IMG/VR virus record: IMGVR_UViG_3300021185_003145
Location: 27,667-91,666 of that record
Origin: a virus
Strand: one strand, 5' to 3'
DNA: 64,000 nucleotides
Positions within the stretch are counted from its first letter, which is position 1; each line of letters starts with the position of its first letter. Under the pieces are notes generated by a model that was given only the letters and a program-made list of their open reading frames with translations, ran no database searches and was not told the origin of the DNA. A program made the position numbers and the translations under genes. Below are positions 38,746 to 48,416 of this stretch, piece by piece.

Positions 38746-40452
38746 TTACTCGTCTGCAGCATCATCTGCCGGTAGATCGCCTCCACCTACATCTAAGTCT
38801 AAGTCTACTTCAGCGTCACCGCCAATGTCTGCATCATCACCTGTTTCAAGTGAATCAAAATCAGTGTTAATATCACCTGGTGTGACACCTACACTTCTAA
38901 GTTCTTGTCCTGGAGTGCTACCTATGTTAGCCGCTCCGTTTTCTTCAGCCCACATTCTATCGTTATCAGTTATTTCTTCTTCGCTTAATCCTAAGAAACG
39001 TTTAAGTAAGAAACGTTTACTTAAATATTCCGTACTTGCTAAACTCTGGAATAACGAAGCACGTTGACTATCAATTTCTGCTTGTCTATAAGCGGCAAAG
39101 TTTTGTGGCTCATTCATTCTGAGTTCAAACATGCTACTATCTATATTGTAGCCTTTCCAATTAAGGAACATTTTAAATTCAAAATCAAATGTACTTGCTA
39201 TACTGTGTTGCAATCTTTTACAATACTGATTAAATCTATATTCTTGAATTAGTGCAGTTCCAACTCTTCCGTCAACTACTGTTGAACTTCCATCATCTGC
39301 ACCAGTTGGCAAATAACTACTTGGAATTCTTAATCCTCTAAATAACTTGTTAGTAAAATACTTTAAGTCATCAATTTCACCAAGTCCTGTACCACCTGGT
39401 AATGTATCAACTTTTGATCCACGCCCTTCAGCAGTTTGTGGAAAGAAGTAGTCTTCGTTAATACTTAATGGATTATACGTTGCATCCATTGTATTAGCAC
39501 CACCGCTTTGACTTGGAATACGTCTTTGATGTATTTCATTTTTAACTCTGTTAACGTAACCCATTGCCATGTGTGCTGGCATGTTACCTACGTCAATATA
39601 GAAAACACGTCTTTCAGGAGCACGTTGTACTCTGTAAATAATAATCGCATCTTCTAATAATTCTTTTTGTTTGTATACTTTAAAAACACTTTCAAGCACA
39701 CTAAGTCCAAATGGCCAGTTAGGATCTAATCCTTCTGTTAAACTAATATGTACAACGTGCTTTGCATCAATGGCCAGTTCATTTGTACTATTACTAAAAC
39801 GTGATCCACTGCTTGATGATCCTTGATGTTGACCTAAATCATAAACATTGCCTGCACTTTGATCTCCACTCATCTTTCCAGTCATTTGATCTGAATGTTG
39901 TGGTTGTGTAGTTGTTAAATTTTGAAAGTTAACATTAATATTTTTTAGTATGTACTGCTCTGGTTTCTTTCCAGCACTTTCGTTTACAATAACTTTTACA
40001 ACATCTGCATTGTCTACCCAAAACCATTGAAAAGTTTGCGGGTCACGAATAAACACTTGATCTCCATACTTAATAGTATTACGAAATACTTTAAAGATAC
40101 GTCTATCAAAATCATTTAAACTAATCCAGTTATATAGTGCTTCTCTAATAACTTGTGTTTCAGTATCACTTGGTTGACTTTTAAAAAATATGTCAAAAGG
40201 TGTATGATTTTCTACATTTGTTTGTGTACTAAATTCACTTAATATGTCTAATGCGGCATTGATTTCACTGTCGCTATCCATTGTTTCATACTGATTGTAC
40301 CTATCAATACGATTAGGATGTCCTGTGTACACTTCTGGTAGTACACTTTGATAATTTTTAAATCCTACATCAGGCTGAGAGCCTGCAGGAGTAGTAACAG
40401 AACCTGTTAGGTTATCTGCTTGTACTACTTTAAAATACTTTTTCCAGCTCAT
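38746..40452 (-). CDS. gp20: portal protein (gp20-like)
   Basis: LLEDAIIIYRVQRAPERRVFYIDVGNMP, EDYFFP, GSKVDTLPGG. Confidence 0.95.
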   Translation of the reverse strand: MSWKKYFKVVQADNLTGSVTTPAGSQPDVGFKNYQSVLPEVYTGHPNRIDRYNQYETMDSDSEINAALDILSEFSTQTNVENHTPFDIFFKSQPSDTETQVIREALYNWISLNDFDRRIFKVFRNTIKYGDQVFIRDPQTFQWFWVDNADVVKVIVNESAGKKPEQYILKNINVNFQNLTTTQPQHSDQMTGKMSGDQSAGNVYDLGQHQGSSSSGSRFSNSTNELAIDAKHVVHISLTEGLDPNWPFGLSVLESVFKVYKQKELLEDAIIIYRVQRAPERRVFYIDVGNMPAHMAMGYVNRVKNEIHQRRIPSQSGGANTMDATYNPLSINEDYFFPQTAEGRGSKVDTLPGGTGLGEIDDLKYFTNKLFRGLRIPSSYLPTGADDGSSTVVDGRVGTALIQEYRFNQYCKRLQHSIASTFDFEFKMFLNWKGYNIDSSMFELRMNEPQNFAAYRQAEIDSQRASLFQSLASTEYLSKRFLLKRFLGLSEEEITDNDRMWAEENGAANIGSTPGQELRSVGVTPGDINTDFDSLETGDDADIGGDAEVDLDLDVGGGDLPADDAADE

Positions 40453-40518
40453 TTATACTTCTTCCAATACGTGGGTTGTAACTATTATAATAGCATACTA
40501 TTGTATTTATTGCAACCG

Positions 40519-42852
40519 TTATGCTAGTCTATCTCCGACTACTTTAATATTTTTATTAAATTTTCTCATCTCTTGTAACATTTCAGAGTTATCAAAGTTA
40601 GTTACTGCTTTTGCTATCTGTTGTGCCGCTTGAGCCATTGCTTTCTCGCCACTTCTGTCAAAGGCTGTGTCTTTATCAAAGTTTGCAGGTAAAGGGAAAA
40701 CACCTTCTTGTGTTCCTGGTTTTTCACCAATCGCAGCATTGTAAATCGGTTGTGTAACGATTCCGCCTTCTGCAAATCCAAAAAAGTTTGCTAACTTACC
40801 TCCTACAGATTTACCAAGCATATCTCCGCCAACACCGCCAGCAATACCGCCTATTATTCCACCAATTAAAGTTCCAATAATTGGAACTGCACTTCCTATT
40901 AATGCACCTGTTGCCGCTCCGCCGGCTGCACCGCCAAATGATCCAAGTCCTGAACCAATACCTTCACTAATTTTACCAACTTGTGTTTCTTGCTCACTTG
41001 TTGCATATGTTACACCACCCGAAAGTGCTGAACCTATAATAGGAATTCTTGGAAGAATCTTGCCTAACATTCCAGATGCTTTACTAAGCATAGTAGTTGA
41101 TTGGCCGGCTGCTTTTGCTACCTCATCTGATGATTGGGCTCCTTTTATTACACCTTCTGCAATATTAGTTGATGTTGCAGTAGTTGCCGAAGCAGTACCG
41201 CCACCAATTCCTATTTTTGCTAGTGCTTCTTTAAACACTTTTAACTGACCTGCTGCTTTTGTAAATCCTGTTTGTAATCCTTTAGCGGCACCTACTGCCG
41301 TTGCTGGTTTACTAGCATCTCCAATTGCGTTAGTAAATGCGTCCATTGATGTTGGCATACTAGTAACTAGTGTTTGTAAAGATTTAACACCTGCTGACAT
41401 AACGCTTACTGCTGACTCTGTTACACTATTAAAACCTAATCTTACAGTTTTACCAATTTCTTGTGATAGTAAGTCAACGTTCTTCATGTTCTTACTATTT
41501 TCGTCTAGTTGTGTTTTTTGAGCTGCAACAAACTTGTCATAGTCTCCGTTAAAATCTTTTTCAACTGTTAATCTTTGCTTTTGTGCATTTAATAATGCAG
41601 CCGATACTTCTGTAAACGCCATTGCAATTTCACTATATTGTGCAATGCCTTCCATTCCTTTATTTGCTTCAATGAATGTAGTACTAACTCCGGCTAATTC
41701 TTTTTGGATGTCAGTCATACTCACTGTGCCATCTTTTAATCCAGCAGTAATCCTTGCAATAACAGGACCCATATTACCGTCTTGTAGTAACATGTTTCCA
41801 GCAGTGGTTGCCGCTGCCGGTAATCCTAAGAAACTAGTTCTTAGTGCGTCCATTATTGGCGAGCCTTCACCAAACTGTGTACCCATTGTTGCAAATGCAG
41901 CTCTGGCACCACTGGCTGCTTCACCTTGCATACGACTCATCTGCAGTTCAACATCTGCTCTACGTTTATCGTTTGCCATTTTCTGAGCAAGTTGTTTACG
42001 ATCTTGTCCAGTTAAGTTTGCCATCATTTGTACTTCTTTTACAAAATTGGCTCCTGCTTGTGCTTGTTGTTGCACACCTAATGTTGCAAATTGTGTGTTT
42101 CTGGCTTGCATTGCAGTGAACTGTGCTAACATTTCTGCACTTTCACTAGCCTTAATACCCATCATAGCAAAGTCTGTACGATAAGTGTCTTGTACAACAC
42201 GGTTCATTTCACTAAAACGTTTTGCACCTAATCTTGCACTACCACCAAATACTGCTAAACTTTCGCTATTCTCTCGTAACATACCTGTCATTTGTTCTAA
42301 TGACAAATAACTGTTAGCCGCTACTCTTTCAAGATCAAATAAGTTATTTGTAAATGTTGCACCAGTTGAACTTAGTCCATCAAACGTATCAATTAAATTT
42401 GCACTGTGTCCAACTATAGCACCTGCGGCTGCACCAAATACAGCACCCAAGGCACCAAACTGACTAGCATTTTTGTCTACTGCGTCACCTAGTGACTTCA
42501 TATTCAGGCCAGTTCCAGCAACTTCTCCGCCAAAGTTGATTAATCCTTTACCAGCACCAAGTACTGCGTCCAGCATTTTTTTGCCTCTGGCTGCAAATGT
42601 GTTTGCACTTTTGGCTGCATCTTCTAATGCATCAGTGGCATCTGAACCAGCACTTGCTAGTCCTTTTAACTTGACCACTCCTGTTGTTAATTCTTTTGTG
42701 TTTGCCGCACGAGCTTTTACTTCTGCAACAGCAGCTGGAGTTTTACCAGTTGCACTTTTTTCCATTAAGTTAACTAATCGTTCAAGTGTTTTCTCAGTTG
42801 CTACGTCACTGATTTCTACTCTACCACCGTCTATGTCTACTGTAACTGCCAT
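40519..42852 (-). CDS. tail tape measure-like protein
   Basis: 777 aa Ala/Gly-rich helical protein with GxxxG hydrophobic stretch and FAEGGIV; next to chaperone gene. Confidence 0.75.
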   Translation of the reverse strand: MAVTVDIDGGRVEISDVATEKTLERLVNLMEKSATGKTPAAVAEVKARAANTKELTTGVVKLKGLASAGSDATDALEDAAKSANTFAARGKKMLDAVLGAGKGLINFGGEVAGTGLNMKSLGDAVDKNASQFGALGAVFGAAAGAIVGHSANLIDTFDGLSSTGATFTNNLFDLERVAANSYLSLEQMTGMLRENSESLAVFGGSARLGAKRFSEMNRVVQDTYRTDFAMMGIKASESAEMLAQFTAMQARNTQFATLGVQQQAQAGANFVKEVQMMANLTGQDRKQLAQKMANDKRRADVELQMSRMQGEAASGARAAFATMGTQFGEGSPIMDALRTSFLGLPAAATTAGNMLLQDGNMGPVIARITAGLKDGTVSMTDIQKELAGVSTTFIEANKGMEGIAQYSEIAMAFTEVSAALLNAQKQRLTVEKDFNGDYDKFVAAQKTQLDENSKNMKNVDLLSQEIGKTVRLGFNSVTESAVSVMSAGVKSLQTLVTSMPTSMDAFTNAIGDASKPATAVGAAKGLQTGFTKAAGQLKVFKEALAKIGIGGGTASATTATSTNIAEGVIKGAQSSDEVAKAAGQSTTMLSKASGMLGKILPRIPIIGSALSGGVTYATSEQETQVGKISEGIGSGLGSFGGAAGGAATGALIGSAVPIIGTLIGGIIGGIAGGVGGDMLGKSVGGKLANFFGFAEGGIVTQPIYNAAIGEKPGTQEGVFPLPANFDKDTAFDRSGEKAMAQAAQQIAKAVTNFDNSEMLQEMRKFNKNIKVVGDRLA

Positions 42853-42912
42853 AATCTACCCAGATAAATACTATTGTACTAATGTACATATGTTTATTTA
42901 TCGGAGCAAAAC

Positions 42913-43776
42913 ATGGATGAAAACGCGAATCCTTTAAAACAGGATCAAAATCCCTTAACCGGATATTTTCGTAAACCTGAAGTATATGTGTCTCTACCCA
43001 GCAAAGGAAACTACTATGCACCCGGTGCCATAGATTTTCCACAAAACGGAGAGATAGGTGTATTTCCAATGACTGCAAAAGACGAGTTAGTTTTTAAAAC
43101 TCCAGATGCACTACTTAACGGAAGCAGTACCGTTGAAGTTATTAAGAGTTGTGTACCTGCTATTAAAGACCCGTGGTCCATACCAAGTTTAGATATGGAT
43201 GTTTTATTAATTGCTATTCGTATTGCAACATACGGTAATCAAATGGATATTACCGCTACTTGTCCTACTTGTCAAGCAAAAAATGAGTTTGGCATTGACT
43301 TAGCAAACTTAATTGACCAAAGCGGAAAATGGGTGTTCAATGATACTTTGCAAGTAGATGATTTAACAATTAAATTTAAACCACTATCATACAAAGACTT
43401 AAACACTGAAAATCTTAGACAGTTTGAAGAAGCAAAAATTATGAGAATTGTCAATGATGAAACAACAACTGATGAACAAAAACAACAGTTGTTTAACGAT
43501 ACATTCTTAAAACTTACTGTACACACAGTTGACTTAATTGCTAAAACAATTTTTAAAATTACTACTGCTGATGGTACTGAAGTAACAAACATTAAACACA
43601 TTAACGAGTTTGTTCACGGAGTTGATAGAAAGATGTTTGATACTATTCAAAAACATCTTGACAATGAAAGAGTGAATAACAGTTTTGCAGAGTTTGAATT
43701 AACTTGTGAAAATGAAGGTTGTGATACAAAGTATAACACACCTATAGTATTTGACAATTCAAATTTTTTCGCATAA
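42913..43776 (+). CDS. baseplate hub / tail assembly chaperone (gp26-like)
   Basis: LPSKG..Y, PMTAKDE, LIAIRIATYG, CPTC, final FFA*. Confidence 0.8.
   Translation: MDENANPLKQDQNPLTGYFRKPEVYVSLPSKGNYYAPGAIDFPQNGEIGVFPMTAKDELVFKTPDALLNGSSTVEVIKSCVPAIKDPWSIPSLDMDVLLIAIRIATYGNQMDITATCPTCQAKNEFGIDLANLIDQSGKWVFNDTLQVDDLTIKFKPLSYKDLNTENLRQFEEAKIMRIVNDETTTDEQKQQLFNDTFLKLTVHTVDLIAKTIFKITTADGTEVTNIKHINEFVHGVDRKMFDTIQKHLDNERVNNSFAEFELTCENEGCDTKYNTPIVFDNSNFFA
43761..43770 (+). other. candidate -1 programmed ribosomal frameshift site (A AAT TTT / T TTT TTC)
   Basis: X XXY YYZ heptamers at the end of 42913-43776; the -1 frame is open from here to the 44000 stop. Confidence 0.7.
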
Positions 43777-43811
43777 GGCTTCTGAGTCTTAGCAACGAAG
43801 ATATTGAATCG

Positions 43812-44000
43812 ATGCTAAAGCAGTTCGACACAGAAGCCGACACTATTAGAGAAAATATATTTAAGATAGTTTGGTATATGCGTGGTGGCATTAATCTGGA
43901 TCAGGCATTCATGCTCAATCAGAAAGAGCAGAAGATTATCTACGATATCGTTTCAGAAAACATCAAGAATACAGAGAAGAGCGGAATGGCATTACTTTAG
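43812..44000 (+). CDS. gp51-like small protein; probable frameshift extension of upstream chaperone
   Basis: WYMRGGI motif; -1 frame relative to upstream gene, no clear RBS. Confidence 0.72.
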   Translation: MLKQFDTEADTIRENIFKIVWYMRGGINLDQAFMLNQKEQKIIYDIVSENIKNTEKSGMALL

Positions 44001-44094
44001 TATCACACTATAAGATGAACTAAAGTTCATCAGCAATTTCGTTTTTCAAACTCATTGCTTTTTTCTTAATTAATAATATACAACTAAATGATTA

Positions 44095-44480
44095 TATAAC
44101 TGAAGTCTTCATGCAGATCGTTTCAGTCAGACGGAACCTGTTTAAGGGTTCCATCTAATCTTGACTTCATGCGAGTATTATCCAGCCGAGACTTGGAAGT
44201 AGGTATTGTTTATACACAAGTTTGATGGGCTCTGACCTTTCCCAACCTACGTCGACATACATATTGCTATGTTACCCCACGCTTCGTTCCTGTTGCCATG
44301 GGTTTTTACAAACTATATTGTGTTTTTTGATTGACAGTAATTCAATCTATACTAACCGGTGAGCCCAATTTGTTTGATGGCTTCCACACTCTGGTGTGTT
44401 GATCTGTATGTTGCGTGTGTTCCTATACGGAAACTTTTTCCACAGCGGAATTCTAAACTGGCCCGCTAACCTTAAGTACT
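44095..44480 (-). ncRNA. large structured non-coding RNA candidate (unassigned family)
   Basis: ORF-free, GC-richer than flanks, at least 8 hairpins including two GCAA tetraloops and G-U pairs favouring the minus strand, several long-range complementarities. Confidence 0.65.
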
Positions 44481-44484
44481 GTAA

Positions 44485-44925
44485 CTATAATTGTTGATTG
44501 TTCTTGAACTGTTGAATGCCTTCGTGGAGAATTTTGCTACTGCCTACGCGAACGTTAATAATGCCATTATAGTAATCATCTGATAAAAGAACTTCCCTGT
44601 CAAATTGTTCCTTTGCTTCAAGATAACTCATTAAGCCTCTACTTGAACAAAGATATAATATTTCACGTGTGAAGTTTGTACTGCCTAGCTCTGCTACATC
44701 TGCCTGTAAGTGATCTGAAGATCCATAATATTCTCTCCAATCACTTTCTACTGTGGTTCGTCTTTTGTTTTTCTTACCTTTAAGAGGTGGTTTTGTTTTT
44801 TTAAATTTTGCTAATTTTTTGCCAATGTATTTTTTGTTGCTTTTTAAGTTGGTTATTAAGTAAACAAATCCTTCAACGTCACTTGGTAACTGCTCGATAG
44901 GATCACCTTTATAAGTCCAACTCAT
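44485..44925 (-). CDS. GIY-YIG family endonuclease (short, single-domain)
   Basis: GFVYLITN...KKYIGKK, conserved R, YYGSS, F.REIL, E..EQF, YYN. Confidence 0.85.
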   Translation of the reverse strand: MSWTYKGDPIEQLPSDVEGFVYLITNLKSNKKYIGKKLAKFKKTKPPLKGKKNKRRTTVESDWREYYGSSDHLQADVAELGSTNFTREILYLCSSRGLMSYLEAKEQFDREVLLSDDYYNGIINVRVGSSKILHEGIQQFKNNQQL

Positions 44926-45140
44926 TTCTTTTGTTTTCTTAACTGTTGTAATTGTAATGCCTTCTTGTGGTAATAGTCAACCTTTTTCTCTGCGTAAAAT
45001 GGTAAAACGTTAGGAAGTATACCATGTATAATACTAACGATACCTGTGAGTATAAGATCGAGTCCTGCCACAACAGCAAATTTGCCATGTTGAAAGTAAC
45101 CTTTGCGGGCTTCTTTAAGATGAGCTTTAATTTGAAACAT
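44922..45140 (-). CDS. small protein, DUF6356-like (HL....Y..H...A.......IH...P)
   Basis: 72 aa with one hydrophobic helix; overlaps both neighbours. Confidence 0.6.
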   Translation of the reverse strand: MFQIKAHLKEARKGYFQHGKFAVVAGLDLILTGIVSIIHGILPNVLPFYAEKKVDYYHKKALQLQQLRKQKK

Positions 45141-46455
45141 ACTTCTGCCTTAATTTTCCTATATCAGGTTTTCCTAATACATTAAGCTCTATGGGTATTA
45201 TTAGTTTATCATAACTGATACCCTGGCCTGTTAATTTCTGGATCAAACTGTCAGTATTCACTGAATCGTCATTCACACAGACTACAACATGTGTCTGAGA
45301 AGTACCAAACAACACAATTTTTGTTGCTTGACTTTCGTCAACAAGTTGTTGCGGATTAACTAATTCTCCGTTAATCCTAATAAAATCTTTATTACGTTTT
45401 TCAAAATAATAATTATCGCCAACCGTGTTTACACGGTCACCTGTATTTAATGTATCCACATTAGAATCGTTAATTTGCTTTGCTAAATGCTTACTTTTAA
45501 CAATTACTAATTCACCGTGTCTGTCAATTTTGTATTCAGCAGTATCATCACAGTTTACACCCATATCCTGCTGATTATAATCAGCAATGTTTTGTTTGTT
45601 TACAAACTTATGCATAATAGGAGGCAAACATTCTGTTAGTCCGTATATTACAACAACATCATCAACACCTTGCTCAATTAGTTTTTCACAAAATGTTTTT
45701 GGAATTGTTGAACCTCCAGTTAGTACATAGCGAACATGACTTAAATCTAACTTGCTTAAATTTTCGTATTGTTCATAGTTTGATGGAAACAATAACATTG
45801 TATCAGGTTTGTGTTTATTAAATGTTTCAACATCATAAGTGTCCCACAAATGTGGCAAAACGACCTTTTTACTAGAAAATAATGCAGGAAAGAAATACAC
45901 AGTACTAACACCTAAGTGTACAATATTATGATAAAACCAACTTGTTTTTGCATCTTTCCAGTAGTGCTTGATACTATCGTTTGAAGCACAAGTAATACTT
46001 TCGTGTGTATGTGTTACTGTTTTAGAATGCCCTGTTGTACCACTAGTAAACGATTCTAGTATAATATCGTTATGGTTAACACGATAGAGTTTTGATGGTT
46101 CAATATTGCCATCTAACTCAATGTGAGGAACATTAATAGTTTTTACAGTTACAGGTTGTATTCCACGAGTTAGAACAATTTTAATATTGCTCCTTGCACA
46201 GTACTCGTCATCAATATAATGGTCACCACTAATAACAGGAACAAGTCCGTAGTCAATAGAAGCAAACACTACTGCTAGATGATGTATGTCTTCTTGCAGA
46301 CACAATGAAATACGATCGCCTCTTGTAAGTTTTTGACTTTCAAAGAAACGCTGATATCCTCCAGCAAGACAAGTTAACTCATCTTTACTGTAGATACGTT
46401 CGTTAGTGCAATCATGTATTTCAATATCGTTTTGTAATCTCGATATTGAAATCAT
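45127..46455 (-). CDS. adenylate-forming enzyme (ANL / acyl-CoA synthetase-like)
   Basis: FTSGTTGHSK (A3 P-loop), TGGS, YGLTE (A5), TGD (A7), R.KD.I..NG (A8), GK (A10). Confidence 0.85.
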   Translation of the reverse strand: MISISRLQNDIEIHDCTNERIYSKDELTCLAGGYQRFFESQKLTRGDRISLCLQEDIHHLAVVFASIDYGLVPVISGDHYIDDEYCARSNIKIVLTRGIQPVTVKTINVPHIELDGNIEPSKLYRVNHNDIILESFTSGTTGHSKTVTHTHESITCASNDSIKHYWKDAKTSWFYHNIVHLGVSTVYFFPALFSSKKVVLPHLWDTYDVETFNKHKPDTMLLFPSNYEQYENLSKLDLSHVRYVLTGGSTIPKTFCEKLIEQGVDDVVVIYGLTECLPPIMHKFVNKQNIADYNQQDMGVNCDDTAEYKIDRHGELVIVKSKHLAKQINDSNVDTLNTGDRVNTVGDNYYFEKRNKDFIRINGELVNPQQLVDESQATKIVLFGTSQTHVVVCVNDDSVNTDSLIQKLTGQGISYDKLIIPIELNVLGKPDIGKLRQKYVSN

Positions 46456-46637
46456 TACATGCTGTTTTTCTTTTCTTGAATCTCAGCACGTCTTGACTTA
46501 GTAAGTTTACCAATGTCTCCAAGTGCCTTTCTTGCTCTAGCGGCTGCGGCTTTAACGCCTTTGTCTTCCCAAGCGGCATGCTCTTTTAAGTATGCATCAT
46601 AGGCCGCTACGATTTGTTCGTGAATTTGATCTGCCAT
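46455..46637 (-). CDS. histone H1-like (Hc1-type) small DNA-binding protein
   Basis: KGVKAAAARARKAL..I.KL.K..R.EIQ pattern; AGGAG RBS. Confidence 0.72.
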   Translation of the reverse strand: MADQIHEQIVAAYDAYLKEHAAWEDKGVKAAAARARKALGDIGKLTKSRRAEIQEKKNSM

Positions 46638-46646
46638 GTTGTTCTC

Positions 46647-48416
46647 CTATATGACTTCTATATCTGTATTATAACTTGTAAACCCATTCTCTTTTGTAAC
46701 TGTGAGTATGTTGTTTACACGACCAGCAAGTTCGTCTTTGTGCGACACAAGCCACACACTCTTTTTACGTTCTCTGCTAATCTTCTTTAATATGGCAAGC
46801 GAGTTTTCAACTCCACTTGAGTCCATTCCACTATCAACTAATTCATCAATGAATAACAAATTAATTGGCTGGTATAGATTTTCCCATACATCACGGAAAG
46901 CCCAACTTAAACTTAATATAAGTCTGTTGCGTTCTCCACGACTTAAATTGTCAAAATCTAAATCTCTTCCAAGCTCTTGTATTTCTACTGTTAGATCATT
47001 TAAGAAAACAACACTATGTGGTAATCCTATACGTTCTAAATAAAATGCTAATCGCTTGTTTAAGAATGCTAAATTTTGATCAATAATTCTTTTTCTTATA
47101 AAACTATCTTTACTAGTTAGTAATCGTTGTAAAAACTCCTGATGGTCTTTGACTCTTACAAGTTCGTTAAGTGTAGTATAATCTACTTCTTGTATTGCAG
47201 TCTCCTGCATTTCTTGTATTTGTTCTGCATATGGATCTACTTGTGCTAGTAAACCATCTAGTTCTGCTTTTAGTTTATCTAAACTGCCTCGGTGATCATA
47301 TGCGTCATCAAGTGACTCATAAAATACATTAGGAACTTCTCCAAGTTCTCCTAACTCATCTAGTTCAATATTTAACTTATTTTCTTCTACACTATTTTTT
47401 TCTACAATATCAGTTGCTTCTTGTAGAGATTCTTTTTTACTATTGATTGTATCTTCTTGTTTGTTATCATGTATTTCTTGTCCACATGCATAACATTTAT
47501 GTTGACTTAGTAGTGCTAATTCTTTTTCAAGTTTCTGTATACTTTTATTATTACGTTTTGTTTCAGCAGTTATTCTATCTAGTAAATCAGTTGTTTCTTT
47601 GATTTGTCTTTGCTTAGTTTTATACTCTTTACGTTTACTATGTGCTTCAAGCTCTGCTTCAATGTCAACATGTGATAGTGCATCAAGTCCTTCTTCAAGT
47701 TGTTTGGCATCATTGTCGTGTTTAGTCTTCCACAATGTTTGTCTACGTTTAAGTGCCTCAACTTGTCCTTCAATACGACTGTTAGCATCAATTTGACTTT
47801 TAATACTGAACTCTTCAGTAGTTGCTAATTCTTTACTAACTTTTAATTGTTCTTTTAGTACATCTGCTTTTTCACTAAGCAATGTAATACCTAACAACTG
47901 TTCAATAATAGCACGTTGATCATTTGCCTTCATACTAAGGAAAGGTTCAGTGTATGTGTTTAGTGCAACAATGTGTTTAAACATATTGTGTTGCATACCA
48001 AGTAAACGTTCAATTTCTGCTTGTGTTTCTCTACTGTCACCTTGTGCAGAATCACTTGCTTCTTGTTCATGATTGTTAATATAAAACTTTAGTACATTTG
48101 GCTTACGTCCTCGTTCAATACGATACTGTAATCCTCCAAGTTCAAACTCACAAGTAACTAACATATTCTTACCGTTAGTTTTGTTTACTAAGTTATCTCT
48201 ACGAATGTTAGTTAAAGCCAATCCATATAGTGCATAACTTAATGCATTAATTATAGTTGTTTTACCTGTACCGTTTCTTGAACCATTATCACCACCACCT
48301 GTATCTAAGTTTTCACCTAGTACAAGTGTTAAGTCATCACGATTAAAATCAACTGCTTGGGTACTATTACCCACACTCATAAAGTTTTTTGCTGTAAGAC
48401 TGTTTATTTTAAACAA
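46647..48416 (-). CDS. gp46: SbcC/Rad50-like recombination ATPase (gp46)
   Basis: KNFMSVG, NGTGKTT, CYACGQ zinc hook, LSRGE signature, LFIDE, SH. Confidence 0.95.
   Translation of the reverse strand: MFKINSLTAKNFMSVGNSTQAVDFNRDDLTLVLGENLDTGGGDNGSRNGTGKTTIINALSYALYGLALTNIRRDNLVNKTNGKNMLVTCEFELGGLQYRIERGRKPNVLKFYINNHEQEASDSAQGDSRETQAEIERLLGMQHNMFKHIVALNTYTEPFLSMKANDQRAIIEQLLGITLLSEKADVLKEQLKVSKELATTEEFSIKSQIDANSRIEGQVEALKRRQTLWKTKHDNDAKQLEEGLDALSHVDIEAELEAHSKRKEYKTKQRQIKETTDLLDRITAETKRNNKSIQKLEKELALLSQHKCYACGQEIHDNKQEDTINSKKESLQEATDIVEKNSVEENKLNIELDELGELGEVPNVFYESLDDAYDHRGSLDKLKAELDGLLAQVDPYAEQIQEMQETAIQEVDYTTLNELVRVKDHQEFLQRLLTSKDSFIRKRIIDQNLAFLNKRLAFYLERIGLPHSVVFLNDLTVEIQELGRDLDFDNLSRGERNRLILSLSWAFRDVWENLYQPINLLFIDELVDSGMDSSGVENSLAILKKISRERKKSVWLVSHKDELAGRVNNILTVTKENGFTSYNTDIEVI

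Noticed and set aside
44095-44480. Identification of the structured element as RNase P, tmRNA, group I or group II intron
   Set aside because: No GAGGAAAGUCC/AACCCGGCUUA pair, no tRNA-like ends or tag ORF, no convincing P7 (GACUA/UAGUC) or domain V, and no interrupted host gene; only weak partial resemblances
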